Source: an uncultured Candidatus Saccharibacteria bacterium
Lineage (GTDB): Bacteria; Patescibacteriota; Minisyncoccia; Phycocordibacterales; Zambryskibacteraceae
Direction: 5' to 3'
Length of the DNA: 64,000 nucleotides
NCBI GenBank assembly: GCA_964642835.1
Contig: CAZXQA010000002.1
Span: 11,875-75,874, forward strand
How positions within the stretch are numbered: the first letter of the stretch is position 1; each line of letters begins with the position of its first letter. The position numbers were made by a program, and so were the translations under genes. The notes under the pieces are model-generated. The model saw nothing but the letters and a program-made list of their open reading frames with translations. It was not told where the DNA came from and made no database searches. Positions 46,039 to 55,806 of this stretch are shown in pieces.

Positions 46039-46443
46039 ATGCTTAACCCATTCCCAGAACTCTTGAACTACGCTCTCCTTGCCCCCTTCCTCTTGCGTGC
46101 TCTCTTGGGCCTCATCTTCCTCGACCTCGGCATCTTGAAGCTCCGCGGCGAACGCTCTCGCTGGATCACCTCCTTTGAAACACTTCATCTCAACCCAGCC
46201 GATCTCCTCGTCGGTTTCTATGCCCTTCTCCAGATTGCTGGCGCCGCCCTCCTCTTCCTTGGTCTCTACACTCAAGTCGCGGCGCTCTTCTTCGCTCTCT
46301 CGACCGGCGCGGAACTCTTTGTGGAGACGCGCGCGCAAAGTGTCCTCAAGCGCGACTACACCTTCTACCTCATCCTCTTTGTTATCTCACTCTCTCTCCT
46401 TCTCACTGGTGCCGGCGCCTTCGCTTTTGATATTCCACTTTAG
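46039..46443 (+). CDS. DoxX-like membrane protein
   Basis: Four TM helices. Confidence 0.55.
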   Translation: MLNPFPELLNYALLAPFLLRALLGLIFLDLGILKLRGERSRWITSFETLHLNPADLLVGFYALLQIAGAALLFLGLYTQVAALFFALSTGAELFVETRAQSVLKRDYTFYLILFVISLSLLLTGAGAFAFDIPL

Positions 46444-46464
46444 TTTCGGTATAGTTTCGTGGAC

Positions 46465-46537
46465 GCGTCCATAGCTCAGTCGGTAGAGCAGGTCCCTTTT
46501 AAGGACAAGGTCGTTGGTTCGATTCCAACTGGACGCA
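46465..46537 (+). tRNA. tRNA-Lys (TTT)
   Basis: GCGUCCA acceptor stem, anticodon loop CUUUUAA, T-loop GGUUCGAUUCC. Confidence 0.85.
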
Positions 46538-46542
46538 CTCAC

Positions 46543-46866
46543 ATGACTCAACTGAATCTCAAAGAAAATCCGCAGATCTCGGACTTCCAGACCTACGTTG
46601 CTAAGATGGTTGTTGAGCGCGGCTTCGGCAAAGAAACGCCTCCGGAAATGCTTATGCTTCTCGTTGAAGAAGTTGGCGAGCTAGCAAAGGCAATCCGCAA
46701 AGCTCACGGCATAAAGTCTGACGAACAGTCGGAGAAGTTTAAAATCGAACAAGAAGCAGCTGATGTTTTCATTTACCTTCTCGATATCTGCAATCATTTC
46801 GGAATTGATTTAGAAAAAGCGTTTCGGGACAAGGAAGAAATCAATAAGAACAGGACTTGGAAATAG
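46543..46866 (+). CDS. MazG-like nucleotide pyrophosphohydrolase
   Basis: EEVGELAKAIRK...EEAADVFIYLLDICNHFGIDLEKA all-alpha NTP-PPase motifs. The start was moved out of the tRNA-Lys gene. Confidence 0.8.
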   Translation: MTQLNLKENPQISDFQTYVAKMVVERGFGKETPPEMLMLLVEEVGELAKAIRKAHGIKSDEQSEKFKIEQEAADVFIYLLDICNHFGIDLEKAFRDKEEINKNRTWK

Positions 46867-46942
46867 GTTGGTTACTTTGATACTTCAATATCTAGGGGTG
46901 TTTTATTTTAAAAAGATAAGAGACTCGGAGTATACTTACCTT

Positions 46943-47320
46943 ATGATTCTTCAATATATTGCTGCTCTCGTGGTCCTCTTGGGTCTCGACGCTCTATGGC
47001 TCGGGGTGATTGCTAAAAGTTTTTACGCCAATGAACTTGGCCACCTCTTCCGAAGCTCCCCTCTCTGGCTCCCGATCGCTCTCTTCTATATTCTCTACGC
47101 TGTCGCCATTATCTACTTCGCCGTTCCAACAAGCGGCTCCCTTCTCAAAGGAGCTCTGCTCGGCGCCGCCTTGGGCTTCACGGCTTATATGACTTACGAC
47201 TTGGTTAACTACGCCACCATCAAGGACTGGCCGCTCACCGTTGTCCTCGTCGACATGCTTTGGGGCACCTTCATTACCATGTGCGCCGCGCTCGTCGCCA
47301 CCTGGATCACGAGGTTCTAA
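46943..47320 (+). CDS. Hypothetical membrane protein (DUF2177-like)
   Basis: Four TM helices. The ATG at 46943 is preceded by TATACT in a leaderless configuration. Confidence 0.55.
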   Translation: MILQYIAALVVLLGLDALWLGVIAKSFYANELGHLFRSSPLWLPIALFYILYAVAIIYFAVPTSGSLLKGALLGAALGFTAYMTYDLVNYATIKDWPLTVVLVDMLWGTFITMCAALVATWITRF

Positions 47321-47827
47321 CTAGAGTCTCAGAAGCGCCTTTTCGACAAGAGTTTCGATCTCTCCCTCTCCTCTGCGCGCCGCGTGATATCCAGATACAA
47401 GATGCGTCGAAAGTCGCTCAAGTTCGCCTGGTTTAAATCCTTTAAGAAATCCTTTCGCCTTCTGATACGGATAGGGCTTCATGTCGGTCTCGGCCACACT
47501 CTTGGTCTTCTCGGCAACAAGCATCGTCTTCACCTGCCAGACCAGTTTATAAAAGACTTCTTCGGGGGCCATCCCAGCGGCGAGGGCCTTCTGGTAGAGT
47601 ACCCATGCGTCGCGCTTCTTGCGCGCGCCGATCGCGTCGGTAAGAGAGAAAATATTAAACGCGGCGCGCGCCTTGGGGCCAATGAGATCCTCTTCCTCGG
47701 CCTTCGGCGGCACGACCACTTCCCCAAACAAGTTCGTCGCGTACATCTCCGGGTGAATTTCCACCGGCTCTATCTCAAACTCATTTTCTGTCTTTACTTC
47801 TTCTTCCATGGTTTCATTTCCCCCCAA
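47321..47827 (-). CDS. DNA polymerase III delta subunit-like protein (HolA C-terminal-domain-like)
   Basis: Weak similarity to HolA domain III; sits directly downstream of polA. Confidence 0.35.
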   Translation of the reverse strand: MGGNETMEEEVKTENEFEIEPVEIHPEMYATNLFGEVVVPPKAEEEDLIGPKARAAFNIFSLTDAIGARKKRDAWVLYQKALAAGMAPEEVFYKLVWQVKTMLVAEKTKSVAETDMKPYPYQKAKGFLKGFKPGELERLSTHLVSGYHAARRGEGEIETLVEKALLRL

Positions 47828-50202
47828 TTCTCTCCCGTGTTCGCTTCGGAAACAATGGGCACTCCATTGGCCTTCTCCGCCGGGAGCGCGTTGTTCATAA
47901 TCTCTTGAAACTTCTCGACCGTCTCATCGACGAACTGATCACGAATTTCGAACACGAGCTCGTCGTGCACCTGGAGCACCATGCGGATGTCGTGCGTTAG
48001 TTTCTTCTTCTTGATGTAGCGATCGATCTCTACCATGGCGATCTTAATGAGATCGGCCTGCGTGCCCTGGATGGGCGCGTTAATAGCCATGCGCTCCGCG
48101 GACGCGCGGATGAAGGGCAGAGGTGATTTAAAGCCCGTGAAGTAGCGTCGGCGGCCGAACATCGTCTCCGTATACCCCTTGCGCTCCGCTTCCGCCTTCG
48201 TCTTGTTGATATAGCTCGCGAGCCCCGTGAAGGTCTCGAAGTATTCGTTGTAAAAGTCCTGCGCTTCCTTCCGGTCACTCTTCAGATTGGCCTTAAGAGC
48301 GTTCACGCCCATGCCGTAGAGGATGCCGAAGTTAATCGTCTTCGCCTTACTTCTCATCCCCTTGTCGACCTCGGCTTGTGAGACCTTAAAGACGCGCGCC
48401 GCCACGCCCGCGTGAATGTCCTCACCATTTTTGAAAATCTCAATCAACTTCTCATCCCCCGAGAGAATAGCGGCGAGACGCAACTCGATCTGAGAATAGT
48501 CGAGCGAAACGAGGGTGAAGCCCTTCTCCGGCACGAAGGCCTTCCTAATGGCCCGACCAAGCTCGGTCTTGTTGGGAATGTTCTGGAGGTTCGGATTGTT
48601 CGACGCCATGCGCCCCGTCACCGCTCCGTACTGGGTGAAGGTTGAGTGCAGGCGGGAGTGCTTGTCGAGCTGGGGCGGAATAGCGTCAATGTAGGTGCCG
48701 AGGAGCTTCGAGAGTTCGCGATATTCGAGAATGAGCGAAATGATCGGGTGCTTGTCCTTCAACTTCTCGAGCTCGCTCTCCTTCGTCGAAAGTCCCCCGC
48801 TCGCCGTCTTCTTCTGACGCTTCTCGCCAAGTCCAAGTTTCGTAAAGAGAATTTCCGAGAGCACCTTCGGCGAATTCACGTTGAACTCTTCTCCAGCGAG
48901 TTTCCAAATCTCCTTTTCAATTCTTGAGAGTTCGGCATGATACGTGGTCGAGAGATGGGTCAAAACCTTAAGATCAATCTTAACCCCACACTCGTTCATC
49001 TCGGCGACGACCGGCATGAGCAGCTTCTCAATCCCTAGAAAGATCTGTTCCACTCCACGCTTCTTCAGTTCTTGCTCGATCACAGGGCGAGCTTCCTCCA
49101 AGGTCTTCGCGCGGGCGAAGCCGAGCACATCCTCGACCGTTGGGTTCGTGATATTCGAATCGATCACCCAGAGAGCGAGCGCGAGCTCCTTCTCTTCGAT
49201 AGAGGCGGGGGCGGTAGAAACAATACCCAACCCTTCCTGTACCGGCTTCGCCGCGAGCGGTTCGGCCTTCTGGCCCAGCTTCTTCACGCGCTCCGAGAGC
49301 GTACGGAACCCGAGTTCGCGGAACAGAGTGAGGGCTTTCTCCGCCACAAATCGCTCGCGCCACGGCGCACCGATCGAGAAGCGAATAGGAGCATCCGTGC
49401 GGATGGTCGCAAGCGCTTTGGAAAAGAGGGCCTCCTCTTCGTTCTCGAGCAACAAGTTCTTCACTCGCTCGGTAATCCCCCACTCCGCCAAGGCTTCGCG
49501 GGACAAGCCTGGCTTCTTTAATGCTTTATATATCTGCTCAACTGTACCTAGGGCAGTGATAAGTGAGGTGGCTGTCTTCTCGCCGATCCCCTTCACGCCG
49601 ATGATATTGTCCGAAGGGTCACCACGAAGACCTTTGTAGTCGACGAGCATCTTAGGCGGGAACCCGAAACGCGAGAGCACGGCGGCCTCGTCGTAGAGGA
49701 TGGTGTCGTTCAACCCCTTCTTCAAGGTATACACCTGCACGCGCGTGCCGTCGATAAGCTGCATCGTGTCCATGTCCCCCGAGGCGATAATGACATCGAG
49801 GTTCTTTTCTTTCTTCGTGTCATGGACGATAGTGCCAATAATGTCGTCCGCTTCGAAACCATCCGATGAGTAAACCGGGATGCCGAGTGCTTCAAAGACG
49901 TCGAGAGAACGCTTGAGCTGGAGTTCAAGATTCTCATCAGACTCTTTGCGGCCCGCTTTGTACGCTTCGTACGCTTCGTGCCGATGTGTCGGCCCAGTGA
50001 GGTCGAAACCGGCCACGATATAGTCTGGCTTCAACTCATCGATGATCTTTAGGAGCATGGCGACCAAGCCGTAGAGCGCACCTGTCGGCTCACCCGTCGA
50101 AGCGGCGCTAAATTCCGGCAACGCATGATACGCGCGGTGAATGATGGCGTGCGAGTCGAGGAGGATGAGTCGCTTCTTACGCTGTGGAACCACCTTAGGC
50201 AT
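47794..50202 (-). CDS. polA: DNA polymerase I (5'-3' exonuclease + family A polymerase)
   Basis: 5'-nuclease N-terminus (LILLDSHAIIHRAYHA) and family A motifs (DYSQIELR, QVHDELVFE). Start taken at the internal ATG at 50202, which overlaps tsaE by 8 nt. Confidence 0.92.
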   Translation of the reverse strand: MPKVVPQRKKRLILLDSHAIIHRAYHALPEFSAASTGEPTGALYGLVAMLLKIIDELKPDYIVAGFDLTGPTHRHEAYEAYKAGRKESDENLELQLKRSLDVFEALGIPVYSSDGFEADDIIGTIVHDTKKEKNLDVIIASGDMDTMQLIDGTRVQVYTLKKGLNDTILYDEAAVLSRFGFPPKMLVDYKGLRGDPSDNIIGVKGIGEKTATSLITALGTVEQIYKALKKPGLSREALAEWGITERVKNLLLENEEEALFSKALATIRTDAPIRFSIGAPWRERFVAEKALTLFRELGFRTLSERVKKLGQKAEPLAAKPVQEGLGIVSTAPASIEEKELALALWVIDSNITNPTVEDVLGFARAKTLEEARPVIEQELKKRGVEQIFLGIEKLLMPVVAEMNECGVKIDLKVLTHLSTTYHAELSRIEKEIWKLAGEEFNVNSPKVLSEILFTKLGLGEKRQKKTASGGLSTKESELEKLKDKHPIISLILEYRELSKLLGTYIDAIPPQLDKHSRLHSTFTQYGAVTGRMASNNPNLQNIPNKTELGRAIRKAFVPEKGFTLVSLDYSQIELRLAAILSGDEKLIEIFKNGEDIHAGVAARVFKVSQAEVDKGMRSKAKTINFGILYGMGVNALKANLKSDRKEAQDFYNEYFETFTGLASYINKTKAEAERKGYTETMFGRRRYFTGFKSPLPFIRASAERMAINAPIQGTQADLIKIAMVEIDRYIKKKKLTHDIRMVLQVHDELVFEIRDQFVDETVEKFQEIMNNALPAEKANGVPIVSEANTGENWGEMKPWKKK

Positions 50203-50524
50203 GGTGAGTGAAGCTGAGACGCTTGGCGTCTTCTGGAATAAGGTTGGCGACTCGCTCTGGCCATTCAATGAGAATAATGTTTTCCGGATTGGCGACGAGC
50301 GCTTCCCACCCGAGGTTCAAGAGTTCTTCTTCTCGTTCGAGGCGGTAAGCATCGATATGAATAAGTTTTTTGAGCCCACGCCAATCAATGTCATACATAT
50401 TCATGATGACAAATGTCGGAGAAGTCATAGGCTCCCTCACGCCGAGCACCTGACCGAAATGTTGGGCAAAATAAGTCTTCCCCGCTCCGAGGTCTCCTTC
50501 AAGAGTAATGACAGTGGCTTTCAT
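50195..50524 (-). CDS. tsaE: tRNA threonylcarbamoyladenosine biosynthesis protein TsaE (YjeE)
   Basis: GDLGAGKTYFAQ Walker A and the TsaE signature SPTFVIMN. Confidence 0.85.
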   Translation of the reverse strand: MKATVITLEGDLGAGKTYFAQHFGQVLGVREPMTSPTFVIMNMYDIDWRGLKKLIHIDAYRLEREEELLNLGWEALVANPENIILIEWPERVANLIPEDAKRLSFTHHA

Positions 50525-50563
50525 GGAAGCATTTTAGCATTTTGGAGTACAATAAAGGAATCT

Positions 50564-52240
50564 ATGGTGACCTTTGATGAAAGACGGCAAGATGAGCAGG
50601 TAAAGGCCCTTCACGGCCGCGAGGAAGAGGAACTGGCGGCGACGCTCGCGAGCCACTACGGCGTCCCCTACCTCGATCTCTCCGCTCACCCCATCAATAT
50701 CGACTCGCTTCGCCTCATTAAGGAAGTGGACGCCCGCGCGGCGGAGGTGGCGGTCTTTAATGCCACGGACAAGAAGGTACAAATAGCCGTTCTTTCTCCC
50801 GGCAGCGACAAGGTAAAGAGCGCTGTCGCCGAGATCGCTTCCCACGGGTATGAACCGGAGGTCTTTATGGTTTCTCACAAGAGCCTCGAGAAGGTTTGGG
50901 ATCGCTACAAGGATCTCTCCTACTCCTTCGAGACAAAGTCGGGTGCGCTCGATATTTCAAACGACGACATCCTCGGCATGACGAGCTCGGTAAAGAGCTT
51001 GAGCGATGTAAAGAAACTGATTGAAGACGTCCTCACCTTGAAGAAGTCCTACCGCATCTCGCGCATTCTCGAGATCATTCTCGCGGGTTCGATCTCTCTT
51101 AAGGCCTCCGACATTCACCTCGAGCCGGAAGACGATAAAGTCCGCCTCCGCTACCGCTTGGACGGTGTTCTCACCGACATTCTCTTCTTCGACAAAGAGA
51201 CCTTCACCCTTCTTCTCTCTCGCATCAAGCTCGTAAGCGAACTTAAGCTCAACGTCTCCGCCTCAGCCCAGGACGGCCGCTTCTCCATTAAGCTTGGCGC
51301 GCAAGAGATCGAAGTGCGCACGTCTCTTCTCCCTGGTCCGAATGGCGAATCCGTCGTGCTCCGCGTCTTGAATCCGGATTCCATTACCGTCGACGTAGGC
51401 ATGCTCGGTATTCATCCGAAGCTCCTCGCGCGCATTGAAGCTCAGATCAAGAAGCCGAACGGCCTTATCCTCACAACCGGCCCGACCGGCTCCGGTAAGA
51501 CGACAACGCTCTACGCCTTTTTGAAAAAGATTTATAGTCCGGAGATCAAAGTTATTACGATCGAGAACCCAATCGAGTATCATCTCGCTGGCATCGTGCA
51601 GACTCAAACGGACACCGAGCGACACTACACCTTCGCCGAAGGTTTGCGCTCCGCTCTTCGCCAAGACCCAGACGTCATCATGGTCGGCGAGATTCGCGAC
51701 AACGAAACGGCCGAGGTAGCGGTAAATGCCGCTCTCACTGGTCACCTCGTCTTCTCGACCCTTCACACCAACAACGCGGCTGGTGCCTTCCCTCGCCTCC
51801 TTGATCTTGGTGTGAACTATAAAGTGGTGAGCTCGGCACTTAACATCTCCATCGCTCAACGTCTCGTGCGCACTCTCTGCGAAGCCTGCAAAAAAGAAAA
51901 GCCCCTTGCCGGAGCCGACAAGGAGAAGGTGGAGCGTGTATTGAGTGGAATTACGGACCCGAGCTATCTGGAAGCTCTCCAGCGCGATCACGTCTGGGAG
52001 GCGGTCGGCTGCCCTGTTTGCAATAACACGGGGTACAAGGGCCGCGTCGGGATCTATGAAGCGATTCTTATGGATGAAAAAATTGAGAAAGCGGTGCTCG
52101 AAAACCCTTCTGAGCGCGATATTCGCGAAGCGGCGAAGTCCCAAGGCCTTCTCACTCTCGCCCAGGATGGTGTCGTGAAGGCTCTCGAAGGCAAAACAAC
52201 GCTTGAGGAATTAGACCGAATGATTGATCTCACTGTCTAG
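50564..52240 (+). CDS. pilB: Type II/IV secretion-system ATPase (PilB/GspE family)
   Basis: GPTGSGKTT Walker A, Asp/His boxes, and a C-terminal CxxC tetracysteine. The ATG at 50564 has an AAAGGAA RBS. Confidence 0.88.
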   Translation: MVTFDERRQDEQVKALHGREEEELAATLASHYGVPYLDLSAHPINIDSLRLIKEVDARAAEVAVFNATDKKVQIAVLSPGSDKVKSAVAEIASHGYEPEVFMVSHKSLEKVWDRYKDLSYSFETKSGALDISNDDILGMTSSVKSLSDVKKLIEDVLTLKKSYRISRILEIILAGSISLKASDIHLEPEDDKVRLRYRLDGVLTDILFFDKETFTLLLSRIKLVSELKLNVSASAQDGRFSIKLGAQEIEVRTSLLPGPNGESVVLRVLNPDSITVDVGMLGIHPKLLARIEAQIKKPNGLILTTGPTGSGKTTTLYAFLKKIYSPEIKVITIENPIEYHLAGIVQTQTDTERHYTFAEGLRSALRQDPDVIMVGEIRDNETAEVAVNAALTGHLVFSTLHTNNAAGAFPRLLDLGVNYKVVSSALNISIAQRLVRTLCEACKKEKPLAGADKEKVERVLSGITDPSYLEALQRDHVWEAVGCPVCNNTGYKGRVGIYEAILMDEKIEKAVLENPSERDIREAAKSQGLLTLAQDGVVKALEGKTTLEELDRMIDLTV

Positions 52241-52286
52241 ATTGCGACTCTCACCGATTAGTTCATAATGAACGATAGATCAGGAG

Positions 52287-52430
52287 CATAAATCTCTAAG
52301 CAACACTTTCAGAATGAACTAGAAGCTAAGCGATTCTCACGAGGATAGTCCCAGCGACCACAAGGGTACCAGGAACGTCCTTAAAGAAAAGCCCAAACGC
52401 CCCGAAGGGCGCGTTGCTTAGAGATTTATG
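52287..52430. repeat. 144-nt element bounded by an 18-bp perfect terminal inverted repeat (cataaatctctaagcaac / gttgcttagagatttatg). Candidate MITE or structured ncRNA
   Basis: The inverted repeat is seen directly. The interior contains a GNRA-type hairpin, cgcccCGAAgggcg. Confidence 0.5.
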
Positions 52431-52495
52431 ACCCGGATAAGCCGGAGATGAGAGGAACAACGCTTCAATATCTAGTCTAGCACAGATTATATTTT

Positions 52496-53530
52496 ATGTC
52501 AAGCACTGAGACAGGTGGCAACAAGGAGGCTCCCAAGGAAGGAGCGGGCGGCCGCTACCTCGATCACGAGCTTCGACCAGCTACCTGGGAGTCCTACATC
52601 GGGCAAAAGGCGGTCAAAGACAACCTCCACATCCTGCTGAGCGCCGCTCGCGAACGCGGTACGCCACCGGAACACGTTCTCTTCTACGGTCCGCCAGGTT
52701 TGGGGAAGACCACGCTCGCCCACCTCATCGCCAAGGAGACGGGACGCAATCTAAAGATCACTTCCGGCCCCGCCATTGAGCGCGTGGGCGACCTCGCGAG
52801 CATTCTCACGAACCTCACCGCGGGTGACATTCTCTTTATCGACGAGATCCATCGTTTGAACAAGGCGATTGAAGAAGTCCTCTACCCTGCCATGGAGTCA
52901 GGGGTGCTCGACATCATTATTGGCAAGGGGCCATCAGCTCGCACGATCCAGCTTGAGCTCCCACCCTTCACTCTCCTCGCCGCCACCACTCGTGTGGCCA
53001 TGATCTCTTCCCCACTCCGTTCACGCTTCTCGGGGGGCGTCTTCCGTCTTGAGTTCTACACCGACGAAGAGATCGCGGAGATCATTCGTCGCTCAGCTAA
53101 GGTTCTTGGTATCTCCCTCGAGGGTGGCGCCGAGACGGAAATTGCTCGTCGGGCACGCTTCACGCCGCGCACGGCGAACTACTTCTTGAAGCGCGCTCGC
53201 GACTTCTCGCAAGTGGGCTCTCGCCCACTCGACCGCGAAGCGGTGGAAGAAGCTCTCGCGCTCCTCGGTGTCGATGAAAAGGGTCTCACCCCTTCGGACA
53301 GGAAGCTCTTGGAGACGATTGCCGAGAAGTTCCAAGGCGGACCGGTGGGTTTGGGCACGCTCGCGGCCGCGCTCTCGGAAGAGGAGGCAACGATCGAGGA
53401 ATTCAACGAACCCTATCTTCTCCAACTCGGCCTCCTCGAACGCACAACGCGCGGCCGCGTGCTGACTCCCTTGGGTTATGAGCACTTGGGGAAGAAGGTG
53501 CCGGCAAATTTGCAAAAGAAATTAGTATAA
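52496..53530 (+). CDS. ruvB: Holliday junction DNA helicase RuvB
   Basis: [11 protein letters not shown] Walker A, FIDEIHRL, and a winged-helix C-terminus. Confidence 0.95.
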   Translation: MSSTETGGNKEAPKEGAGGRYLDHELRPATWESYIGQKAVKDNLHILLSAARERGTPPEHVLFYGPPGLGKTTLAHLIAKETGRNLKITSGPAIERVGDLASILTNLTAGDILFIDEIHRLNKAIEEVLYPAMESGVLDIIIGKGPSARTIQLELPPFTLLAATTRVAMISSPLRSRFSGGVFRLEFYTDEEIAEIIRRSAKVLGISLEGGAETEIARRARFTPRTANYFLKRARDFSQVGSRPLDREAVEEALALLGVDEKGLTPSDRKLLETIAEKFQGGPVGLGTLAAALSEEEATIEEFNEPYLLQLGLLERTTRGRVLTPLGYEHLGKKVPANLQKKLV

Positions 53531-53534
53531 ACAC

Positions 53535-54065
53535 ATGGCAGGACACAACAAATGGTCAAAGATTAAGAGACAGAAAGCGGGCACCGATGCCGCGAAGGCG
53601 AAAACCTTTTCCAAACTCGCGCGCGCCATTACGACCGCGTCGAAACAAGTGAACGGCAACGAAACATCCCCCGTGCTTCGCGCCGCGATCGAGAAGGCGC
53701 GCGAGTTCAACATGCCAAACGACAACATCGAGCGCGCGGTGAAGAAGGGTACTGGCAGCGAAGCAGAACATTTGGACAACGTCACCTACGAAGCCTACGG
53801 TCCCGGCGGCTCCGCTCTTATTATCGAAGCTCTTACCTCGAACAGGAACAAGGCCGCGCAAGAAATTAAATTTATCCTCTCCGAGCATGGCACCTCGCTC
53901 GCCGCTCAGGGATCTGCCGCGTGGGCCTTCACCAAGGAAGGTGCCGAGTGGAAGCCAACCATGACGACTCCCCTCTCTCCCGAAGATGAGCAAGCTCTCG
54001 AAAAGCTCATCGATGCGTTGGAAGAAAACGACGAGGTGCAGGACGTCTACACCAACGCGGAATAA
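53535..54065 (+). CDS. yebC: YebC/PmpR-family protein, compact form lacking the middle domain
   Basis: MAGHNKWSKIKRQKA N-terminus plus a C-terminal ENDEVQDVYTN segment; about 65 aa shorter than canonical. Confidence 0.85.
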   Translation: MAGHNKWSKIKRQKAGTDAAKAKTFSKLARAITTASKQVNGNETSPVLRAAIEKAREFNMPNDNIERAVKKGTGSEAEHLDNVTYEAYGPGGSALIIEALTSNRNKAAQEIKFILSEHGTSLAAQGSAAWAFTKEGAEWKPTMTTPLSPEDEQALEKLIDALEENDEVQDVYTNAE

Positions 54066-54139
54066 TTTTGCTCTATACAAAAACTGGTCGACTTGCAGAG
54101 CAAGCCGACCAGAAGGTTAGAAGATTCAGAATCTAAGCA

Positions 54140-54904
54140 TTAAACCCAGACCCTGCGGGAACGGAGGCCCGAGCCGCGATCCGAAGCCTCGCACCAGCCG
54201 ACGCCGAACCCGCCGCCACACCAGTCCGCGCCCGGCACGCAGCCATCGCGATAGCGAGAACCTGAGCACAGCGTCCAGTTCTCCTGGTCGAGATGCTCGC
54301 CCTTCTCGAAGAAGTAATCTGCTTCGAGAAGCAAACGCTCGAGGAGGGTGATGCCAGGATGGCCTTCCGACATGAGAACGTTCGCCGATTTGTTGGCGAA
54401 TTCTTCGTCGGCTTCGCGGACGTCCCGCACCCAGACCGCGTAGGAGCGGTTGTGGGAATCGCGATCGTGGTGCGGAATGTCCGCATCGAGATCGTCCGCA
54501 TACTCCCAACCCGGGAAGTGCTTCTTGAGCGCTTCCTGAACGCCTTCGAGCGGCTTGTTGTCCGTCCACTCGAAAAGTTCCTTCGCGACGACGATGAGAC
54601 GCATGGGGCCAAAACCCTCGGGCTTCGAGGGGATATCGATTACCGAGAAATCAGGATCATGGCCAAAGAGCTTGTGGTACACGATCTTCCAGCGGAGGAG
54701 ATCGGCCCAATACGGAATCTCCTCTTTCGGCAAATCCTCCGCGAACGCCTTCTCCAGCACTTTCTGAAGACGCTTCGGATCACGAATGTAATTCTGCTGA
54801 TCTGCTTCCGAAAGTCTCGGAAGTTGAGCCAAGACGGATCCGGCGAACGCGAGGGTCTGCTTGTGCAGAGTTGGGGTGAGCGGGGTCTTGCCAGCTTTAC
54901 GCAT
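54140..54904 (-). CDS. Hypothetical protein
   Basis: No recognisable domain. The C-terminal 40 aa are Gly/Cys/Trp-rich, in a locally GC-rich stretch. Confidence 0.4.
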   Translation of the reverse strand: MRKAGKTPLTPTLHKQTLAFAGSVLAQLPRLSEADQQNYIRDPKRLQKVLEKAFAEDLPKEEIPYWADLLRWKIVYHKLFGHDPDFSVIDIPSKPEGFGPMRLIVVAKELFEWTDNKPLEGVQEALKKHFPGWEYADDLDADIPHHDRDSHNRSYAVWVRDVREADEEFANKSANVLMSEGHPGITLLERLLLEADYFFEKGEHLDQENWTLCSGSRYRDGCVPGADWCGGGFGVGWCEASDRGSGLRSRRVWV

Positions 54905-55023
54905 GGGTTTTCTCCCTTATGAACAGAAGCTGAAGTGCTTCATGGTCTTTCTGGATTAAGAACTTATTTGTCTTGTTTGTCAAGCACTACCCCTTCCGTC
55001 TATACCTCTATACACTTTCTGAT

Positions 55024-55509
55024 ATGACCATCATTATAAGTATCGACCCGGGCTTCGACAGGATGGGTCTTGCTGTGCTTATGCAAGAAAGCGGCAAGGT
55101 TTCTCTCCTCCACTCCGAATGTGTTGTGACCCAAGCAAAGGAGGCGCATGAGAAGCGCCTCCTCGCTATCGGCAAGCGGCTCGATGAAGTGGTGAAGGAG
55201 TGGGCCCCGAGCGAACTCGCCATCGAGAAACTCTTCTTCAACGCAAACACAACCTCCGCCATGGGTGTCGCCGAAGCTCGAGGTGTGGTACTGTTCCAAG
55301 CCGCAAGAGCCGGATTGGGGGTGTATGAATACACTCCTCAAGACGTCAAGATTGCCGTCACGGGCTACGGTAAAGCAGACAAGCCACAAGTAGAAAGCAT
55401 GGTGAGGAAGCTTGTGAAAATTGCCGAAACGGAGCGGAAACGTCTCGACGACGAGATCGACGCGGTAGCAGTGGGGATTACCCACCTTGCCAGTCGAAAA
55501 GCGATTTGA
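55024..55509 (+). CDS. ruvC: Crossover junction endodeoxyribonuclease RuvC
   Basis: IISIDPGFDRMGLAV catalytic N-terminus; RNase H-like fold. Confidence 0.9.
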   Translation: MTIIISIDPGFDRMGLAVLMQESGKVSLLHSECVVTQAKEAHEKRLLAIGKRLDEVVKEWAPSELAIEKLFFNANTTSAMGVAEARGVVLFQAARAGLGVYEYTPQDVKIAVTGYGKADKPQVESMVRKLVKIAETERKRLDDEIDAVAVGITHLASRKAI

Positions 55510-55578
55510 TAGAAATAAGGGCATTCGAAAATTGTTTGAGATGATTTTCGATTAAAAAATTAACTTAGATTTTCAAAA

Positions 55579-55776
55579 ATGGAATATCCAGAGGAACCGC
55601 GAGAGGATGAGGATCTGGTCGAACCAGATGTCGACGAGCTGAAGAAGAAGGCAGCCGGCCTCGACCCGCTCGAAGATGATTTGGCAGACGAAGACACTGT
55701 CCCCCTGAGTGAGCTTGAAGACGAGGAGCTCGACGAGGATGAGGAGGATTCCTACGAAGATACGGATGACAATTAA
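55579..55776 (+). CDS. Small, highly acidic protein (65 aa, about 45% D/E)
   Basis: The ORF is immediately followed by a strong terminator; no similarity recognised. Confidence 0.4.
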   Translation: MEYPEEPREDEDLVEPDVDELKKKAAGLDPLEDDLADEDTVPLSELEDEELDEDEEDSYEDTDDN

Positions 55777-55778
55777 CA

Positions 55779-55806
55779 AAAACCCCGCCAGTGGCGGGGT
55801 TTTTGT
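55779..55806. terminator. Bidirectional terminator (AAAAACCCCGCCagtGGCGGGGTTTTT)
   Basis: Perfect hairpin with symmetric A/T runs between convergent genes. Confidence 0.85.

Noticed and set aside
46459-46542. ORF start inside tRNA-Lys
   Set aside because: The first 28 codons overlap the tRNA-Lys gene. The MazG-like similarity begins at the ATG at 46543.
50534-50878. 114-aa minus-strand ORF
   Set aside because: Antisense to the N-terminal part of the PilB/GspE gene; no similarity.
54087-54115. Hairpin CTGGTCGacttgcagagcaagcCGACCAG after yebC, considered as a terminator
   Set aside because: A strong stem but no flanking U-run on either strand, so it was left uncalled.
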